From contig NW_021834210.1 in the NCBI RefSeq assembly GCF_006345805.1, forward strand, positions 1 to 50,913: 50,913 nt of DNA. Direction: 5' to 3'. This document shows, piece by piece, positions 38,390 through 50,014 of this stretch. A program made the translations under genes and the position numbers. Within the stretch, counting starts at the first letter, position 1, and each line of letters starts with the position of its first letter. Source of the DNA: Octopus sinensis. Lineage: Eukaryota. The notes beneath the pieces were generated by a model. It was not told the origin of the DNA and searched no databases. It was given only the letters and a program-made list of their open reading frames with translations.

Positions 38390-38690
38390 ATACAGTTCTA
38401 TATTTAAGAGATGTGGGATTATGTACATTATTTACATTTGACGGATATTTGTCCTCATCTTGTTTGTTGTTATCACAACGTTTCGGCTGATATACCTGAA
38501 TAATAATAATAATGATGATGATGATGATGATGATAATAATAACATTGAAAAATACCTTAGGAATGAGAACCCAGGTTCGAAATTTGACACCTGATGAAGG
38601 CTGGAGAGTATATCAGCCAAAACATTGTGTTAACAACAAACAAGATGAGGACAAATATCCATCAAATGTAAATAATGTAAACAATGTAAA
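38390..38690 (+). mobile_element. Second copy of the tRNA-head/hammerhead family, with an inverted duplication of its tail
   Basis: 38496-38690 in sense has GACAC-CTGATGA(38591)-A-GGCTG..CAGCC-AAAACATT-GTGTT. 38422-38495 is the inverted copy of 38608-38681 and keeps CAGCCGAAACGTTGTG. Confidence 0.8.
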
Positions 38691-38791
38691 TAAGATATAT
38701 AGTGCGTTCTTTATTTTTGAAGACTAGAGGATGATTTGACGAGACCTGATTCAATTCAAACTTCACTGAGGTCGTCTTTACTTAAATAAAT

Positions 38792-39138
38792 AGGCGCAGA
38801 CGTGGGTGTGTGGCAAGAAAATTGCTTCCCAACCACATAGTTCTGGATTCAGTCCCACTGCGTCGCACCTTGGGCAATGTCTTCTGCCCTAGCGTCGGAC
38901 CCATCAAAGCCTTGTGACTGGATTCGGGAGACTGAAACTTAAAGAAGCCCGTTATATATATATATATATATATACTCTGTGTTTGTGTATTTGTTTGGTG
39001 TGTTTACATAGCGGTTCGACAAAAGAACCGATGGAATAAATATTAGGCTTACAAAGAATTAGTTCTGGGGTCGATTTCTTCGACTAAAGGCGTTGCTCCA
39101 GCATGACTGCAGTCAAGTGACTGGAACAGATAAAAGAA
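38792..39138 (+). mobile_element. SINE-A
   Basis: GGCGCAGACGTGGGTGTGTGG...GCAGTCAAGTGACTGGAACAG. Confidence 0.85.
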
Positions 39139-39802
39139 TTAAGTGAAAAACAGGCACATGTACATTAGTATAACTGATAGGAATTCATAAAAATTGTACT
39201 GCGCAAGGTACCAGTAAAATAGTCCGGTGGTCGCGGAAGCTTAAAGTTTCTGTCCGTAATGTAGCGCTAATTATCAGAGATTCGCGACCACTGCTGACTG
39301 GAAAGTCGGTGTTGGATCTGTACTCCTAAATTTAAACCGAGATGGCCTTGGATTTTAGCGCTAAATAAAAACAGTTCGTGGCGTAACGAAACGGTAACAC
39401 TTTTTTTCAGTCTGGTTGGCGCCATTGTCTATCAAACGTTCTTCTCATACTCTTGGGAAACACAGAAATACCACAACATCCAACACACGCCGTGACTTCT
39501 ATAATTAAAGAATCCAATGTGTAGTTCCTGCATGACCAGCGTTGCGGAGCGATGGCAATTTTCCGTCACAGTTTCAAATCAAAGTAACCGATTAGTCATT
39601 TTGCTAAATATTCAACAATTATAATAAATAAGTTTTTACAGATTTCTTGTAAAAATATGTTTTTAGTATTTGTTTTAAAACCATGCACTATTTATTACAG
39701 ACATTAGAAAACTTATATAAAATCAAGATTCATATCGTCATTAAAAAGGAGATTATTTTAAATTCAGTTTAGTGAGTAATTAAATGGTTTATTATTCCTT
39801 GT

Positions 39803-40123
39803 GAGGGCGCGTGGCGTAGTGGTTAGGGCATTCGGCTCATGATCGTAAGGTTGTGAGTTCGATTCCCGACAACGCGTTGTGTCCTTGAGCAATACACTTT
39901 ATTTCACGTTGCTCCAGTCTACTCAGCTGGCAAAAATGAGTAGTGCCTGTATTTTAAAAGGACCAACCTTGTCACACTCAGTGTCACCCTGAATCTCCCT
40001 GAGAATTACACTAAGGGTACACATGTCTGTGGAGTGCTCAGCCATTTGCACGTTAATTTCACGAGCAAGCTGTTCCGTTGATCGTATCAGCTGGGACCTT
40101 CGTCGTCGTAACCGACGGAGTGC
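39803..40123 (+). mobile_element. SINE-C
   Basis: TGGCGTAGTGG A box and GAGTTCGATTCC B box; colinear with 10420-10750. Confidence 0.88.
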
Positions 40124-40401
40124 TCTTTATTCGTATATTTTTTTTACTTGTTTCAGCCATTGGACTGCGGCCGTGCTGGGGCACTGCCTTGAAGGGTTTT
40201 CGTCTGGTACTTATTCGGTCGTTTTCTGCGTGTTTGTTTGTTTTTATTTGTAGCCGCTAAAGTACAGGAACGTAAACAAACCAGTACTGGTAATCATGCG
40301 GTGGACAGGGAAAAAACACAGCCACAGGTGTAGCGACAAAACAAATTTCCAATGAAGCATCAAGTACCCTTTAAATCGTTAACATTATTGTTAAAGATGT
40401 A

Positions 40402-40676
40402 GAGGCGCAATGGCCCAGTGGTCGTAGGATCGGGGTCTCGATTCCCAGACCGGACATTGTGAATGTTTATTGGGCGAAAACATATGATACCTCGGCAGGG
40501 GGGCACACCCTGCTGTACTCTTTCATCACAACTTTCTCTCACTCTTTCTTCCTGTTTCTGTTGTACTTGTAGTTCAAAGAGCCAGCCTTGTCACACTCTG
40601 TGTCACGCTGAATCTCTCCGAGAACTACGTTAAGGGTACACGTGTCTGTGGAGTGCTCAGCCACTTGCACGTTAAT
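40402..40676 (+). mobile_element. SINE-D (own head; 3' part shared with SINE-C)
   Basis: Head as at 26313-26468. 40560-40676 matches SINE-C (AGCCAGCCTTGTCACACTCTGTGTCACGCTGAATCTC...). Confidence 0.8.
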
Positions 40677-41197
40677 AAATGAACTGCGACGTCACTGGTA
40701 CCAAGCTGTATCAGCCTTTGCCTTTCCCTTGGATAACACTGATGGCGTAGAGAGGGGAGGCTGGTATGCATGGTCGACTACTGGTCTTCAATAAACAACC
40801 TTGCCCAGATTTGTGCCTCAGAGGGTCACTTTTTAAGTGCAATCATGACCAAAGGGGTCTTAAAATTGTTAAAGATATAAACCTCACAAACTGTCTCTAA
40901 TTACGGAAGCTCAAACAATTGATTGTATTTATAGTACAATAATATAATTATATCATTTTTTCATCTTTATATCATAACACTGAAGTAATTAGTGTGAAAA
41001 TTAACAGTGAAAATAAATAATGAATTGAATATTCAACGATAAAGTATTTGAATGCACGGCGAAATGTAAAGTTTGCTTAAAATATAAATAGAGAACTTTA
41101 GAAAGATTAGAAGAAAGTTGCATAAACACGCAGGCGCGGAGTACAAGCACATACGTGTCTATGTAGATATGGATGTTTAGATGGGTGAAGGGATGGT

Positions 41198-41570
41198 TTT
41201 TTTTTGTTTTGTTTTTCTTTTTAATTTAGATTAATTTTGGCCGATCAAAAAGTTGTGAAGGAAAGCATCTTGTTTTGTTCATCATCTTTGAAATCATATA
41301 AAGGTCCATCGGACTCTTATTGACCCAGATACCGTGAACATTTGTAGCGTATGAATTAAAGATTTGCGTTCTCTCCCCAAGATTCCAATTCAGCCATACT
41401 TTGCTCCAGGCGGGTTGGTATGTAGCCTTGTGTTCCAATAATTATGGGTATGGAGCTGAAAATGTATCTTGGGTACTGGATGTGAAAATTCCTTAACAAA
41501 CGTGTTCTTTCTCCTGTGTTTTTTCTGACCACATTGGTGTCCAGAGGGCAGCAGATTTTTATTGTCTGTC
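41198..41570 (-). mobile_element. 3' fragment of an RLE-type (R4/Dong-like) non-LTR retrotransposon
   Basis: Minus-strand translation IKICCPLDTNVVRK..LLRNFHIQYPRYIFSSIPIIIGTQGYIPTRL resembles the C-terminal restriction-like endonuclease region. An A-rich tail follows at 41198-41225. Confidence 0.55.
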
Positions 41571-41754
41571 AGTATGTGTATGCGTGTGTGTGTGTGCGTG
41601 TCCTTAACTCGTGATAAAATCGTACGGACGCCGTCGTATAATGCGACGAATCTGGGCAATTTTTTAAAAAATCCGGGTGCAGTCCATCTCCACAAATATG
41701 AACCCGATTTCTTCCATAGACAGATAGATAGAGAGAGAGAGAGAAAGTAAAAGA

Positions 41755-41846
<92 letters not shown>

Positions 41847-42019
41847 CATGTGCGTGTGGCTTATGAATTGATGGACTGCTTTTTCAATTATCAACCTCCA
41901 GAAAATGAAAGGTGAAGTTGACCTCGGCAAAATCTCAATTCAGTTTCCCAACCACTGCGCAGAAGTGTGTGTGTGAGTTTGTGTGTGTGTGCGTGTGTGT
42001 GTGTGTGAGTGTGCGCGCG

Positions 42020-42082
<63 letters not shown>

Positions 42083-42435
42083 CTTATGTTTATATACGGA
42101 GAGAAGCATGCAAGTAAAAGTATATAAACTATAAAGTGCTAAGAAATGAAAATCCGAAAACCAACCAACACAAACACACACACACACACACAACACACAC
42201 ACACACACACACACGCACACACACAGAAATGATTGGTATTTAGTTGCAAGGTGATAGGCAGACAAGAAAAAGGTGAAAATGACAGAACAAAATTCTTGCC
42301 TTCCGTAATTTTGTGTTAAGCACAATGGTAATTCATTGCATAACATCTACTGTGAAAGTTAAGCTGCTGGCAAAATCGTTAATAACACTGTGTTGTGTTC
42401 GATACATATACATACATACATACTATATATATATA

Positions 42436-42467
<32 letters not shown>

Positions 42468-42514
42468 GAATATATATATGTATATATATATGTGTTGTAT
42501 ATATATATATAATA

Positions 42515-42583
<69 letters not shown>

Positions 42584-43034
42584 GTATATACATATGTTTG
42601 TACGTATGTATATATATATATATATATTATATATACATATATATATATATATGTTTGTATATATATATATATATAATATATATATATTATAGCCAGATGT
42701 CTTTTGACTAGGCACAATGCCAGATTTGTAGGGCATAGATATTATGTTTGTTAACTTCAGTTAAATATTTGTTATTTAGTGTCTAAATTTCCATCGCACC
42801 AACTGCGACCTGGGCACTGACACGATTCCATTACGTCTCCGTCGATATAAAAATCAATAATCAATAATCGTATTTTGACGTTTTTATTGCAAACAAGATA
42901 CCAGATCCAACGAGAAACCATGACATCTAGATAGTTTCTAGGAAATACGTCAATAAACTCAGTTCTTTGTGAACTTCTCTGTTGGCAGAATTTGCTGCTT
43001 CAATATATCAATATTAGTTATGTTATCAAAGGTC

Positions 43035-43340
43035 ATCACTCCTCATATAGCATAGGCTATCGACGACCTTTCCCTTGTTTTCTCAACTCTGGGCCTTGAG
43101 ATAAGGCCATCTCTTCCCAGGTCTTGTTTTTGAATTGTCATCCATATTTTTGTAACTTTGCTTTCTTCTAGATAGGGATGTTGGCCCTATCCAAACCCAT
43201 TTTTAATTCTGGAAAGATGTGGTTCATATTAATTTGCCCTCTGTCTTTCACTTGTTTTTACTAATCCTTACCATGAACTTGCATCCCACTGAGATGACCC
43301 TCAGAGTCACTAAGGTTACAAGCTTCCACACTGCATAAAC
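43035..43340 (-). mobile_element. Possible decayed RTE-derived non-autonomous element
   Basis: GGGATGTTGGCCCTATCCAAACCC...CCCTCAGAGTCACTAAGG resembles the reverse complement of an RTE 5' UTR. From recall only. Confidence 0.3.
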
Positions 43341-43446
43341 GACTGGACCTTGTGCGGAATAATCAATATTAATGGTATTTAGAAAATTACTATTTTTTAA
43401 ATCTCTCAGCAATAGATATTCAGCAACAGTACTTTGGAGTACAGAT

Positions 43447-43860
43447 TACTCTTTTACTCTTTTACTTGTTTCAGTCATTTTGACTGCGGCCATGCTGGAG
43501 CACCGCCTTTAGTCGAGCAAATCGACCCCAAGACTTATTCTTTGTAAGCCCAGTACTTATTCTATCGGTCTCTTTGCCGAACCGCTAAGTGACGGGGACG
43601 TAAACACACCAGCATTGGTTGTCAAGCAATGCTAGAGGGACAAACACAGACACACAAACACACACACATACACACACATACATATATATATACATATATA
43701 CGACAGGCTTCTTTCAGTTTCCGTCTACCAAATCCACTCACAAGGCATTGGTCGGCCCGGGGCTATAGCAGAAGACACTTGCCTAAGATGCCACGCAGTG
43801 GGACTGAACCCAAAACCATGTGGTTGGTAGGCAAGCTACTTGCCACACAGCCACTCCTGC
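43447..43860 (-). mobile_element. SINE-A, young full-length copy
   Basis: Reverse complement of the 3401-3790 copy with an intact B box and (GAGTAAAA)n tail. Confidence 0.92.
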
Positions 43861-44016
43861 TTGTTTGCCAACATAACATGGCTGTCCTGGTTTAGGGCGA
43901 ATGTTGCTGTAATTTAGCCCCAGGAGACATCGTCTCCAGCTGGCTATACGACACGATCTGTGTCCTTATATTTTCGAACAAGGGAATCTAGCATCCCCAC
44001 TCAGCTCAAAACAATA

Positions 44017-44061
44017 TCCGTATATCGCAATTTCCGGGTTATTTCTCTTCATCAGCACAGA
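44017..44061 (-). ncRNA. Minimal type I hammerhead (left arm of the palindrome)
   Basis: TCTGTG-CTGATGA-A-GAG aaataa CCC-G-GAAA-TTGCGA-T-A-TACGGA. Confidence 0.65.
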
Positions 44062-44067
44062 ATAATT

Positions 44068-44110
44068 GTTCGGCTGATGAAGGGAAATAACCCGGAAATC
44101 GCGATACAGA
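44068..44110 (+). ncRNA. Minimal type I hammerhead (right arm of the palindrome)
   Basis: CTGATGA(44074-44080)-A-GGG aaataa CCC-G-GAAA-TCGCGA-T-A; helix III ATCGCGAT is palindromic. Confidence 0.7.
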
Positions 44111-44299
44111 GATATTGTTTTTAGCTAAGTGGGAGTCCTAGATTCCCTTGTTCGAAAATATAAGGACACAGATCGTGTCGTATAGCCAGCTGGAGACGAT
44201 GTCTCCTGGGGCTAAATTGCAGTAACATTCTTCCTAAATCTGGACTGCCATGTTATGTTGGCTAACAATATTTACTCTAATGGTATTTTATTATTACAA

Positions 44300-44529
44300 G
44301 GCGGTGAGCTGGCAGAAACGTTAGCACGCCGGGCTAAATGCTTAGCGGTATTTCGTCTGTGTTACGTTGTGAGTTCGAATTCCGCCGACGTCGACTTTGC
44401 CTTTCATCCTTTCGGGGTCGATAAATCAAGTACCAGTTACGCACTGGGGTCGATGTAATCGACTTAATACCTATGTCTGTCCTTGTTTGTCCCCTCTGTG
44501 TTTAGCCCCTTGTGGGTAATAAAGAAATA
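44300..44529 (+). mobile_element. SINE-B monomer with a 15-bp TSD
   Basis: TSD GGTATTTTATTATTA (44282-44296) / GGTATTTGATTATTA (44530-44544). Confidence 0.92.
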
Positions 44530-45732
44530 GGTATTTGATTATTATATTTTATATTTCAGTGTGCGCCTTAAGACACTCGCTTCATAAACTGTCGACTGGC
44601 AAACACAGCGATTTCAACTCTGAGAACATTGCGCTCCCTAGTGCTACCGAAGCAGTGTTGATATTACTAGGGAATATCTGGGTTGTTTTGGCTTACATCG
44701 TAGTCCCTTTTTTACCTCCTTCATCCATACAGCCACCAAACGAGAGACTGAAGAGATCAGCAACTTAGAATAACTGCATAAGGCATTATGTGCTAGGAGT
44801 GTTACGTCATTGTTTTTGTTTTTTTCCGAGGCGAAAATGAGAAACTATTAAATAAAATGAAACATTATCTAACTATAAAAATTCGTTGAGTGGGGTCAAG
44901 TTTAGAATATTGTTCAGGTGCTACTAACGGATGTTATGCCTTGCCCGAATTGGTTGTACAAAAAAAAAAAAATAAATAAAATTTACCCGGATGTGCGACG
45001 CATCCAATGGAAACTTCTAGATCCATTTGCTGTAATAATAAGTAACAGGATGTTTTGTGACATGTGTGGACTGCTTTAAAAAGAACGTTTGTGATGTTTA
45101 TAACTGGGCCACGAGAGAGAAACTCTTTGGTGCGCAGGAGATTAGATAGATATATGTATTGCCACTCGTGATTTAATGATTGCAATTAGTCGATGATGTA
45201 AAAAATAACTGTAAAAATTGCTATGGAAACGTTTGCAGATTTTATCGGATGTATTCTTTAAAAGGAAAGAAATTATATCTTCAGGGATTCAATAACAGTC
45301 TTCATACTTTCTTTCTTTCACCGAATCGCCATTTCATTTCCATGGTGTTCTCTGCCATCTCGAGAGCTCTTCTTATGCTTCGTTACCAACAGCGGTAGCT
45401 GGGGTGCATGAAGAATTAGATTCTCTGAAATACATAACAACATGTGAAGAAACCGGCTTTTGTAGTGTAAACTTCTTCGCCAGCTGCATTAAAGGCAGCC
45501 GAGTTTTACAGAGGAACATTTTATTCAAAATCCTGTACAGTATGGCAGTAAACCAAACCATTCTCACAGCAGGACACTTTTCGTTCTCCCAATTCTAGTA
45601 AATGATATTTCATGCATATAAACCTTCTTCCACGAAAAGATAGCTTAAACTGTGCTCTAAATGGCGGTGTAATCAAATCCTGTTTTATGGACTCAACCAT
45701 GTTCTAAAATAAGTCGAAAGGTAAGCTACTAT

Positions 45733-45764
45733 AAATCGGCACGAACTTTCCGGACAACCTAATA
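45733..45764. mobile_element. Mariner-type terminal inverted repeat remnant (second copy, same orientation, at 46792-46823)
   Basis: The reverse complement TATTAGGTTGTCCGGAAAGTTCGTGCCGATTT has the typical mariner TA|TTAGGTTG end. Confidence 0.55.
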
Positions 45765-45841
45765 TGTGTATTTCGTTTCCCACCTACAAAGGTCTTCTTC
45801 AGTGCTATCAATACTTGTCTTACAAGACACATGCTTCCTTT

Positions 45842-45898
<57 letters not shown>

Positions 45899-45959
45899 AC
45901 ACACGTCTGTGTTCGTGTGGTGCAGAAAGAGAATAGAATGTAGCAGTTCATGTGAGTGA

Positions 45960-47220
45960 ACGATATGGATAGACGGACAGACTGTAATGTTCAGTAAGAA
46001 GTATAAGGCTGCGATGTGTAACGTACGTCTACTTAGGGCGAACCCTAAGTAGATGCACTCCTTCACCTCCTCGATTTCATCGCTTCCCAACTCTATTAAG
46101 CCATGCGCTACGTCTTCCGATCTCATATATTTTGCTCAAGGCGACGTGTTGGCAGAAACATTAGCACGCCGGGCGAAATGCGTAGCCGTATTTCGTCTGC
46201 CGTTACGTTCTCAGTTCAAATTCCGCCGAGGTCGACTTTGCCTTTTATCCTTTCGCGGTCGATAAATTAAGTACCAGTTACGCACTGGGGTCGATGTAAT
46301 CGACTTAATCCGTCTGTCTGTCCTTGTTTGTGTCCTCTGTGTTTAGCCCCTTGTGGGCAGTAAAGAAATCTAAATAGATATTTCGTCTGCCGTTACGTTC
46401 TGAGTTCAAATTCGTCCCCGGTTCGTCTTTGCCTTTCATCCTTTCGGGGTCGATAAATTAAGTACCATTACGCCGGGGTCGATGTAATCGACTTAATCCG
46501 TCTGTCTGTCCTTGTTTGTGTCCTCTGTGTTTAGCCCCTTGTGGGCAGTAAAGAAATCTAAATAGATATTTCGTCTGCCGTTACGTTCTGAGTTCAAATT
46601 CCGCCGAGGTCGTCTTTGCCTTTCATCCTTTCGGGGTCGATAAATTAAGTACCAGTTACGCACTGGGGTCGATGTAATCGACTTAATCCGTCTGTCTGTC
46701 CTTGTTTGTGTCCTCTGTGTTTAGCCCCTTGTGGGCAGTAAAGAAATATGTATTTTGTTCAAGTATTTATTGACCTTTTTCTTTCCTTTAAAAATCAGCA
46801 CGAACTTTCCCGACAACCCAATAAATAGTTTACACTTTTATTTGCATGGTCATTCATGGCCATTTTCAGCAGGTAATGTCTCTGGTTCGACGTCATGTGT
46901 CTCTATTATCAACCTAAAAATTCTTAAGGTAATTATATAATTTTCTTTAGCAGCAGAAAAATATATTCGATCGGAAGACATAGCGATTCATTTTCAGGCC
47001 TACTAAGCAATAAGTATCCAGCTTTGACGGCATGGTCTACAGCTGGTCAGTGATGTGTACAATGTCACCTGCGAACCGGAGTTGTGTCCAGAGATGACAT
47101 TTTCTAGCCATGCGGTAAAGATCTTTGGAAAGATGGCCGCTCCTTGTTTGACACTTTTCCCAACTGGAGTCCTCACTGGTGATGATAGCAGAGGCATATC
47201 TGTCGTGCATCCACAGTTCG
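45960..47220 (-). mobile_element. RTE-type LINE RT remnant, interrupted by a SINE-B trimer
   Basis: VGKSVKQGAAIFPKIFTAWLE and LRFAGDIV (46990-47200) plus KYMRS..IEEVKECIYLG (46030-46135). Confidence 0.7.
46140..46748 (+). mobile_element. SINE-B trimer
   Basis: Bodies restart at 46377 and 46565. One TSD surrounds the whole array: TATATTTTGCTCAAG (46126-46140) / TGTATTTTGTTCAAG (46749-46763). Confidence 0.92.
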
Positions 47221-47525
47221 AATCTCTGAGTATATGTACGTACGTATGTATGTGTGTGTGTGTGTCCGTGTGTCCGTGTGTCTGTGTGTGTGTGTCCGTG
47301 TGTCTGTGTGTGTGTGTCTGTGTGTCTGTGTGTTTGTATGTATGTATTTATGTATGTGCATATGTATCTTTGACAAATAAATATCATTTAGAACGATCAA
47401 TCGATAGTTTGATGGAGAAATGAATGAATGAATGGATGGATGGATGGATGGATGGATGTTATGTATTCAGACGAGATGTTGCGTAAAAACAGAGATATAC
47501 AGATATAAATGTATGTATATATGTG

Positions 47526-47608
<83 letters not shown>

Positions 47609-48091
47609 GGACGGACGGACGGACAGACAGACAGACAGATTCTGCACCAATCAAATATCCAAACCGTTTTTATATCTCCACTTCCATCCATCAGCAATAT
47701 AAATATAACCTTAACCACAAATATTAATCTAATCTCTGACGGTTACTGCCAGACTATGGCCGCCCACTCTCCTAAATTTAACAAACATTTTAACTAAAAT
47801 AGTTTTTCCGTCATCCCACGGAAATTCTTTCATGTTGTGTCTGTTTATTTGTTTCCCTGACGTCTCAGTGTACAAAATAATTTGCCATTGAATCGGTTCA
47901 CTCTTCTTCTATCGTGAGCTGGTTCCTATTAGAAGCTACCTTGTTATGACTATTTACAAGTAGCAAACGAACCAACGAAGAGGTTTCTACGCAGTGATTC
48001 CACCGATATCTGTAACAACTACGTCTCACTCACATCACAACTTTTATTTTTTTTTAGTCCTTCGTCTCAAAGGGCTACTTGCACGATTTCT

Positions 48092-48844
48092 TATTTCTTT
48101 ATTGCCCACAAGGGGCTAAACATAGAGGAGACAAACAAGGACACACAAACGGATTAAGTCGATTATATCGACCCCAGTGCGTAACTGGTACTTGATTTAT
48201 CGACCCGGAAAAGATGAAAGGCAAAGTCGACCTTGGCGGAATTTGAACTCAGAACATAACGGCAGACGAAATATCTATTTCTTTACTACCATCAAGGGGC
48301 TAAACACAGAGAGGACAATCAAGGACAGATAAACGGATTAAGTCGATTATATTGGCCCCAGTGCGTAAGTGGTACTTATTTAATCGACCCTGAAAGGATG
48401 AAAGGCAAAGTCGACCTCGGCGGAATTTGAACTGAGAACGTAGTGGCAGACGAAATACCTATTTCTTTACTACCCACAAGGGGCTAAACACAGAGAGGAA
48501 AAAAAGGACAGACAAACGGAACTGGTACTTACTTAATCGACCCCGAAAGGATGAAAGGCAAAGTCGACCTCGGCGGAATCTGAACTCAGAACGTAACGGC
48601 AGACGAAATACCTCTTTCTTTACTACCCACAAGGGGCTAAACACAGAGAAGATAAACAAGGACAGACAAACGGATTAAGTCGATTTTATCGACCCCAGTG
48701 CGTAACTGGTACATATTTAATCGACTCCAAAAGGATGAAATGCAAAGTCGACCTCGGTGGAATTTGAACTCGGAACGTAACGGCAGACGAAATACGGCTA
48801 CGCATTTCGCCCGGCGTGCTGACGTTTCTGCCAGCTCGCCACCG
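48092..48844 (-). mobile_element. SINE-B tetramer
   Basis: Junctions at 48275/6, 48459/60 and 48612/3. TSD CTTGCACGATTTCT (48078-48091) / CTTGCACGGTTTCT (48845-48858). Confidence 0.92.
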
Positions 48845-48919
48845 CTTGCACGGTTTCTATGGCGTTCAAGTGACCGAGGATGCAACATTTACTCTGAACG
48901 GAACATCGGTCCGTTGCAG

Positions 48920-49125
48920 GGTTCAAAGCCAGCGATTTTGAGGGGGAGAAAGCAAGTCAATTACATCGATCCCAGTACATTTGAGATTCTATTTTATCGA
49001 CCCTGAAGGGATGAAAGGAAAAAGTTGACCTCGGCGGGATTTGAACTCAGATCGCAAAGAGCCGGAAGAAATGACGCTAAGCATTTGGTCCGACGCATTA
49101 ACAATTCAGCCAGCTCACCACCTTA
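48920..49125 (-). mobile_element. Old SINE-B-related copy with a third tail type
   Basis: The core TCGACCCTGAAGGGATGAAAGG..GACCTCGGCGGGATTTGAACTCAG is present; the tail is unlike the LINE-type tail. Confidence 0.7.
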
Positions 49126-49389
49126 TATCACAGCTTCTCATTATCTTCAAGAAATAGAAGCATTGATACATTGGATATACACAGACCTAATTGCACTACG
49201 CCAAAAGAACAAGATCGGGCGGATACAGCAAGAATCACTTACGTATGAAATTAAAGAGGTTCAACGCCTCCGATTGTTCCTCAATGCGGATATGACTAAC
49301 GTGCTCCAGAAATGGGACCAATGAATTAAGCATTTGTATCTTTGTCTCTTACGCAACGTGAAATCCATGATCCAGTCTACGTAAAGTAG

Positions 49390-49610
49390 TAATCTTTTCT
49401 ACAATAGATACAAGGCCTGAAATTTAGAGGTGGGTTGGGGCTAGTCGATTATTTCAACATAAGTGGTCAAGCGTTACTTATTTCGTCGACCCCGAAAGGA
49501 TGAAAAGCAAAGTTGACCTCGGTTGAATTTGAACTCAGAACGTAAAGACGGACGAAATGCTGCAAAGCATTTTTCCCGACGCGGTAACGATTCTGCTAGC
49601 TCACCGTCTT
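49390..49610 (-). mobile_element. SINE-B head/core with the alternative tail seen at 11375
   Basis: The sense tail TTTCAGGCCTTGTATCTATTGTAGAAAAGATT matches the tail at 11560-11590. Confidence 0.78.
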
Positions 49611-49877
49611 AAAGTCATTGAAGTGTACTTTCAAATTTTGGCACAAGGCCAGCAATTTTAGGGGGTAAGCTGATTACATCACCGTTAAATAAAGGGGACG
49701 GTCATTTTCATAGCATTTTTGTTTGTCTTAATAACTGACGAGATGCCGGAGCAGAATTCCACCCCGACATCCAAAACTCGGAGTTTTATTATGGCAACCG
49801 ACAGATTGTCACATTTAAATTTAATATATATATATATAACATATATTTATATATATATATATACATATATATAATAT

Positions 49878-49928
<51 letters not shown>

Positions 49929-50014
49929 GAAATTATAGCGAAAACAAAAGACGAAGAGACAGGTGTATGAACAACAAGCAAGTATTAGTTTCACGCTCGG
50001 GAAAATGGAAAAGT

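Larger units (their letters stand above)
43861..44268. mobile_element. 408-bp imperfect palindrome (inverted Penelope-like pLTR pair)
   Basis: TTGTTTGCCAACATAACATGGC... mirrors ...GCCATGTTATGTTGGCTAACAA; the axis is at ~44064. Confidence 0.9.

Noticed and set aside
44934-45700. Cluster of 60-85 aa ORFs in unique-looking DNA
   Set aside because: Stops in all frames and no motif I can recognise; possibly a decayed transposon, but unassignable without a search.
49140-49380. Possible host exon (plus-strand YLQEIEALIHW... or minus-strand segment ending at GTAAGT ~49221)
   Set aside because: No recognisable homology; the listed ORF starts inside a SINE, and no consistent acceptor or frame was found.
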